In this document: piece by piece, positions 57,768 through 64,000 of the stretch
Position numbering within the stretch: position 1 is the first letter of the stretch
Layout of the letters: each line of letters begins with the position of its first letter
Source of the DNA: Guillardia theta CCMP2712
Lineage: Eukaryota; Protista; Cryptophyta
Assembly: GCF_000315625.1 (NCBI RefSeq)
Contig: NW_005434625.1
Span: 482,098-546,097 of the forward strand
Direction: 5' to 3'
DNA: 64,000 nt
The notes under the pieces: model-generated
What the model was told of the DNA's origin: nothing
Database searches by the model: none
What the model saw: the letters and a program-made list of their open reading frames with translations, nothing else
Program-made: the position numbers and the translations under genes

Positions 57768-58919
57768 ATGAGGAGAGGATTGACTCTGATGAAGAGGGTG
57801 GATGTTCGACTTTTCTACTTGTTGTCAGTTGTTGCTTTTGTTTATCAAGTCATCTTCTTCGCTCGAAGCTCTCAGACAGTCTCTTTCTCTGGCTCTGCTG
57901 CTCGAGGACACAGTTCAGGAGGCAAGGCTGCAGTGAAGGATGCTTGCGGGCCCGATGGTGAGCTCGCTACCTGCAGCTCCTCTGCAGAGCTGAGCATCTG
58001 CGTTCCCCGAGGAAAAGACAAGTCGAGCGAGGATGCCCGAAACAGAGATTGCATGACTGCATGTTACGACGTAGAACAAGTCACGGCTGAGGTGCGTCGA
58101 GGAAGAGGGCAGGTGCTTGAGATCGGGTACGGTCTTGGAGGATGCTCTCTTCTTTCAGGGCTTGCAGGCCATCGGATCTTGGCTGTGAAGCCTGACGTGC
58201 AGGAGTATCACTTGATGAAGAAGTCAGTCGCGCTCAACAACATCACTTCTCTCGTGCACGTTGTGCATGCAGAGATGGCTGTCTTTGGTGACGCAGGAGG
58301 AGGACGAGAAGAGACGGGAAACATGGACGTTGCTAGTCTGTTCGAGGAGCATTCCGATGAGGTGCGATTAGTCAGCTTCTTTGAACCCCTCCCTCCTCCT
58401 TCTCCACATCCCTGACCATGTTTTCCTTATTTTCAGCATCGTCACAGTCAGGAGCAGGCGAAGCTAGTCGGGATGAGGCCGCTGCTGTCTTGGTTCCATG
58501 AGCACGGGGGGCTCCAGCTCCTGCAGCTCTCCTACCGAGGTTTGGAGGTTGGCCTCTTGCGATCAGCTGCGCTGCAGATTCAGCCGCATCGCATCCCATA
58601 CATCCTCTTCGAGTTCGACCCAACCAAGCTTCTGCAGAGGCAGCACGACCCTGAGGAGCTGCTAGAGTTTCTTCACGCCAAGGGATACAGGCTCTTGTCC
58701 CTAGCGGAGGATACAGACGTTGAGCCGGAGGATTTCAATCAGTTCTCGAGAGAGGTCGGCAATTCCTCCACGTTTCTCCTTGCACACAAGTCGGAGATCA
58801 AGAGGCCTCGTCAGCGCACGGATCTAGAGGCATATTCTCATCTGATGTACATCCTGTCTTGTACAGTGGCGATCGTCTTCGGACTGATGGGGTTTGTCTT
58901 GTCAATGTTGCATATTTGA
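57768..58919 (+). CDS. FkbM-like (Methyltransf_21) SAM-dependent methyltransferase-fold protein with terminal TM helices, one intron
   Basis: VLEIGYGLGGCSL...ILAVKP...MKKSVALNN, then IPYILFEFDP...ELLEFLHAKGY. Confidence 0.65.
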
Positions 58920-58987
58920 ATAAGAGATCTACAGTTTTTGTACTGCGATACATCAGAACTTTATTTGCGTATATACTGTCGCCTCAA

Positions 58988-60310
58988 CTAGCAGATGCTT
59001 TCTTTACAGATCGGGCACATTTTGTTCGAGAGCAACCACCGGTCAACGCACACACTGTGAAACCTGCACAGAAAATTTCATATTAGGTTGAGACAAGCAG
59101 TCCAAAATCAACCTGTGGAGGCAAGGCAGCTTCCGGAGCTTTTCTCCGACGTCGTATTCACAAAGACAAATACAGCACTTCACAAAAATGTTCAGGCAGT
59201 GCCACAACAACTAACAAACCGATCACCTCCGTTGCTTCTTCCCCTGAGCCCTTTCCTGTAGCCGGCTCGAACCTCTCGAACGGCAACCTGGATATCTGAC
59301 CTTCCGAGGCTCCACGAGAGACCGACCCGAGAGCTTCTTGGAGGGCGAGCATGTCCTCGTACGTCATCTCGTCGTTGACTAGGCGATGAAGGATCGATCG
59401 GTCCAGCAAAGGCGCCTGAGATTCCGGAGCTGCTTCAGTTCGCGCACGACCAGGATGGCTGACACGAGATGCTTCCGCAAGCCTTTCACGCGCAGAGGCC
59501 CTCGAGATGTACACGGGTGTGTCCCCATCAGGTGATATCGCCGCCCGCCGCGAGCACCTGTCCCTCTGCTGCAGGAACGCCAACTCTTGCTCCTGCAAGC
59601 TGTGAGCCAGAGCTTCGTCTGGAGTTCTCGCACGCGAGCGGGTGAGATTGGCATGTAGACCTTCACCATCAAACTCGTTGAAGTCGTCCAGCGGATACAT
59701 GCGGAGATTGCGGAGAATCATCGAGGGCAAGCCTAACATCCACTCGGCCCCATCCCTTATGGCCCTTCTGACATGCCCCAGGGCGGCGTCTGGCGTACTT
59801 CGAGAGGCAGGGTCATCAGCCAGCGTGTTGGGTTTCAGTTTCGATGGAGCACGAGTGTACACTCTGTTTCTAGACATGCTGTTCCTCAGGAGAAGCCCCC
59901 GATAATTCTCCTCCATCTGAAGCCTTCGCGCGAGCTCCTCGTCGCCGCTGCAATCGTTCGACATCAATCCATCTGGATTCAAGGCTTCAGGTAATGGAGA
60001 AGAAAGAAGACACAAATCCAACATGTCAGCACACAAACTTACCACTGAAACCTGAAATACAATTGAGCTCGAATCGTGTATGCCGCAAGTCAATTCTCTG
60101 TTGCCTTTGCGAAACAACTTGTTGCTCGGGGCAAGAGGTACTCGAAAGGGTGTTGCCGCCTGAGAGCACAACAAACAAGAGACCAACATGGAAGTTCTTC
60201 ACTCTGAAAACAGACTGATACCACATCCTTGCCTCCGTGCAAGCCCACTAAACCATCACTGCTGTGCCCTTGTTCACCAGCATGGTCGACGTTTTGTATC
60301 CCTCGTCTCA
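58988..60310 (-). CDS. RING-H2 E3 ubiquitin ligase, multi-exon; start uncertain
   Basis: EMTYEDMLALQEALGSVSRG...ISRLP, and spliced CCICLCEYDVGEKLRKLPCLHR|FHSVCVDRWLLSNKMCPICKESIC*. Confidence 0.9.
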
Positions 60311-60845
60311 CAGGTCTTACTCTTGTCTTCCCTCCTCCTGTCTTAACTAGTTCTCACTAACACACTGTTGTCCCCCCCCTACCACTTCTCTCTCCCTCTC
60401 CTCTCCTATCTCTCCCTCACTTTTTACGCTCCGCCATGCAGCATCTGCCCGCCCGCCATTCGAAACTTTGCAAGGGCTATGAGGGGATGAGGCCCCAATG
60501 GAGTTCCTGCTTGAGTGGGCTGAGGGGGGATGTGGGAACCAGGTTCCTGCAAACTTTGCAGCATGCCGGGACCAGGAAGCGGGAAGGAAATGAAGCAGTA
60601 GAGGCCGAGAAGGTGGCAAACGGGGAGAGTGAGAGGTCTGAGACGAGAGGGACTGGTGAAGTTAGGCCAAGAGGAGAGGAGAGGAGAGGAGAGGGGAGGG
60701 GAGGGGAGGGGAGGGGAGGGGAGGAGAGGAGAGAAGATTTCAGCGTTTGGAAACGCGTAGCGATGTTCACAGCACTTGCTTGATTTCCAACATCACAAGT
60801 ACTCACCACTTCTTCCGTCTTACTCGCATAACTTGAAGGGTCGCC

Positions 60846-63800
60846 ATGGCAAGCATGGGCAAGCAGGGCGTCTGGACAGAGTTCTGGAGCAAGAGGAAGA
60901 ACAGACCATTTTACGTAAACGAGGTCACGGGTGAGAAGTGCTGGTCAATACCCGATGAAGACGAGGCGCCAGGGGCTGCCACGGATGCTCGACCGGAGGC
61001 TCCGAGAGAGAATGAGAGCCAGCAGGCATCTCCTGACCTAGAGAGATCGTCCGAGACCTCCAACGCAGACCATGACGCTCCTCATGCAGCTAGCGCTCCG
61101 GATGGAGGAGCAGGGAGCCAGCAGAATTCTGCATTTGAGATGGACGATGAGCATGCGCCGGCAGAAGACGAAGTGCTGGAAGAGCTGGGAATTCTTGCAA
61201 AAAGCCACGATGAGCTGGAGAAAAAGGTCATAAAGAAGCTGGAGGATGTCGTCAAACAAAAGGAAGCAGCGGAAAATCAGAAGCAAGTTGAGATGCAAAC
61301 TCAAGTCATAGAGATGCTACAAGGCAACATCAAAAGACTTGAAGAAAAACTGGCAAACCCAGCGTATTCCTCAGAATTCCAGCAATCTGTGCTGAAGGAG
61401 CAGCTGGACGAAGTTCGAGAAAAGCTGAGAAAACAGACCCTTGCAGCCAAACAGGGCGAACAAGATGAAAGAGAGAAGAAGCAAGACAAAGCAAAAACAA
61501 TGTTTGTCAAGGCTATCGAAAATGCAGAGACCGAAAGAGATAGGATGATTCGAACGGGAAAGCTGACTCCCTTTGCTGGGAAGGAGGGGGCGGAGAAAGT
61601 ACGGCTGCAGCACTCGCAGGTAGAGCATGCTTCTTTCACTTGCATCTTGCTCACTGTCTCTCACAGATCAGCGACAACAAGAGCAGGGACAACATGAGGT
61701 TGAGCAACTCTGCACGAGTGGAAGAGAAAGGCAGCAAGAAACCCCGCCCTCAAGACGGATCCCGAGAGAGCAGGGGGAGAGGGGAGGACAGGGGAAGCAA
61801 AGTTCCACCCAAGGTGATGGCTTGTCGATCTCTCTGATCCGCTGATCACGTGGCAGCTGGAGAAGGAGGTGGAAAAGAAGAAGAAGAAGAAGGAGAGGAC
61901 GAAGGCGGTGCGAGCCGTCTCGTCTTCCAGTGGAAGTAAGGAATTTTACTTTGCACTGCACGTGCGGTGACATGTCCGACAGCTGTGGACGATGGCAGTA
62001 TCGAAGCATTTCACAGCCGGATCAGCGCTCTTCGAGAATCCTCGAGGTAGAGAATTTTGACGGTCGAGGGTGAGCTGCTGATAAGGTGGAGAAGCTCCAG
62101 GAAGCGGAAGAGGAGGAGCTCTGCAGAGGACTCGGACGAGGATTGGAACCCAGAAAGCAGTTCTGAAGAGTCAGACGAAGATGGAGAGTTGCCAGACTCT
62201 GATGTCGATGACTTTGGTGATTGGTCCGGGGAGCAGGAGGTTGGCATGCCGTCTTTGCTTCCCTCCCGCTAGTTTCTGCATTCTCCTTGATGCTCTTGTT
62301 GCCTCCCCCTTCTTCGTTCTATCGGTGATCTTCTGCTCCTGCTCTTCTACAGTTCGAGAGCTTTGAAGGAGGATACAAGATCCCGACACGCATCTACTCG
62401 AGGTGCTTACGACTTCTCCTAGACTTCTTCCAAGGCTTCTCAGCCCTTACAGTTGCCGATCAGATTGTTCGGCTACCAGCAGACAGGAGTGAAATGGCTG
62501 TGGGAACTTCACTGTCAAGAAGCAGGAGGAATCATCGGTCAATGTTCTCCTCCTCTCGTTCCCCTCCCCCTGCCTTCCATACTTCCCTACGATTCCCTCC
62601 TCCCTACCTTGTTTTATCAATGATGCTGATAGAGAAACAGGTGATGAGATGGGGTTGGGAAAGACCATCCAGATCATCGCCTTCTTAGCTGGTCAGAGAA
62701 TTTTATTCCTGTTCCCCTTCTCACAACCTTCCTCTCGATCTCATCCTCTTAGTCTCTTCTTCCTCTGCCTAGAATAATCCAGCGTTCCTCTGCTCCTCTG
62801 CTCCTCTGCTCCTCTGCTCCTCTGCTCCTCTGCTCCTCTGCTCCTCTGCCTTCTGAGACCTCCTCGCCGCTTCTCTGATTTCCTCGTGCTCCAGGTCTGC
62901 ATTTCAGTGGGGAACTAGGGGCAACGCTTCTGTTGGTTCCTGCAACCATCATGTCTCAGTGGGTGAGAGAATTCCACAAGGTAATGATCATGTTTTGTGC
63001 AAGGAACTGCCTGTATGAAGCTTGTGGTAGAGATACAACTGAATGGGTGTGAGATATGATGTGTGAAATGTGAGGTGTGAACGAGCATTTGACATCTGAT
63101 AAAACGGTGTGGAGAACTAGATGTTGTTGACGATGACATCTCAACAATTTATGATCTCTTGCAATGAGGGCTGATCAAATCGTTTGCGATCAGTGGTATC
63201 CCCTTCTCCGAGTCGTATTGCTTCATGAGAGCGGGAGCAACAAACGCAAGGTGAGGACTCGGCATGCTCTTTGCTCCTCTCACGCGCTATCTGCAGCCTT
63301 CATTGCTGCTCAAGGAAGTGGTCGAAGATGGGGGCGTGTTGATTACAACCTACGATCAGATGAGAAAGCAGGCGGAGGTGAATGGATGGAGAAGGTCAAG
63401 TTTGAGATGGTCTGACGCGCCTGGCAGATGTTGCTTGCCCCCCAGTGGTCTTATGTTGTCTTGGACGAGGCAAGTGGAGATGACTGTTGGGCACGGAGGG
63501 GATGATAAAGCATGTGGAGATATAAGCCAAGGGGTGATGCCCATGTTGGCGGTAGTGCAGCAGGAAGAGGTGGTGGTGGTGATATTGAGGAGGAGAGAGA
63601 GGAGGAGGAGAAGGAGAAGGAGAGGGAAAACGAGAAGGAGAAGGAGAAGGAGGAGGAGAAGGAGAGTTGAGAATGGATTATAGGATGTTGATTATCGCAA
63701 TGTGCTTATTTCTGATTTATCGACCATGACGTTGAAGTGCCTTAGGGGCATAAGATCAGAAATCCTGACGCTGAGGTCACGCAAGCTGTAAAATCTCTCA

Positions 63801-64000
63801 ACACACCTCACAGGTTCGATTCATGTCATGATTCTTGTTTGTAGCGATATGTGCAATGGAGGATCATAACAAGTCTTTGATGCTGATGTTTGTTATGATG
63901 ATGGAGATGATGATAATGATGATGATGATGATGATAATGATGATGATGATGATGAGATGGAGATGTTGACGGATGATGATGATGATGATGATGGAGATAG
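60846..64000 (+). CDS. ERCC6: CSB/Rad26 SNF2-family ATPase with N-terminal WW domain; continues beyond window
   Basis: [16 protein letters not shown] (CSB hallmark), [24 protein letters not shown]|[31 protein letters not shown]|[16 protein letters not shown]|[14 protein letters not shown] domain: [27 protein letters not shown]. Confidence 0.9.
62787..62850. repeat. (CCTCTGCT)n octamer repeat in a CSB intron
   Basis: About 8 units visible. Confidence 0.9.
63895..64000. repeat. (GAT)n imperfect microsatellite, intronic
   Basis: Directly visible. Confidence 0.85.

Noticed and set aside
1-64000. tRNA, rRNA or autonomous transposon genes
   Set aside because: No recognisable RNA-gene, transposase, reverse transcriptase or integrase motifs seen by eye; a covariance-model scan was not possible.

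Overview
Gene-dense eukaryotic nuclear DNA with short (about 45-60 nt) spliceosomal introns, introns often filled with purine/pyrimidine microsatellites, and one ~100-N assembly gap (47930-48030). Style and gene content suggest a flagellated alga with a complex plastid, probably a cryptophyte such as Guillardia theta (inference). About 19 genes are supported. Conserved ones: PARP1, ADF/cofilin, CSB/ERCC6, RING-H2 ligase, fibrillin, BART-domain, PDZ, Nudix, EF-hand, Sfi1-like. Unusual ones: (i) a polytopic membrane protein with two RelA/SpoT-like nucleotidyltransferase domains that are almost identical in DNA except for one swapped 10-codon patch, flanked by a tandem plus inverted rearrangement carrying a third chimeric copy; (ii) a SLOG(LSDAT/TRPM-like)-SLATT-SLATT fusion resembling bacterial nucleotide-gated effectors; (iii) a glutamate-receptor-like channel with a TVGYGD K+ filter and extracellular EF-hands; (iv) a circularly permuted, intron-retaining PARP1 pseudo-copy; (v) an ARID-ARID-BAH-MBD-6xTudor-like chromatin reader. 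Intergenic 5' regions are enriched in GGGGTA/TACCCC and in a GC-rich dispersed repeat. All domain calls come from motif recognition by eye; no searches were run. Exon boundaries were inferred by hand.
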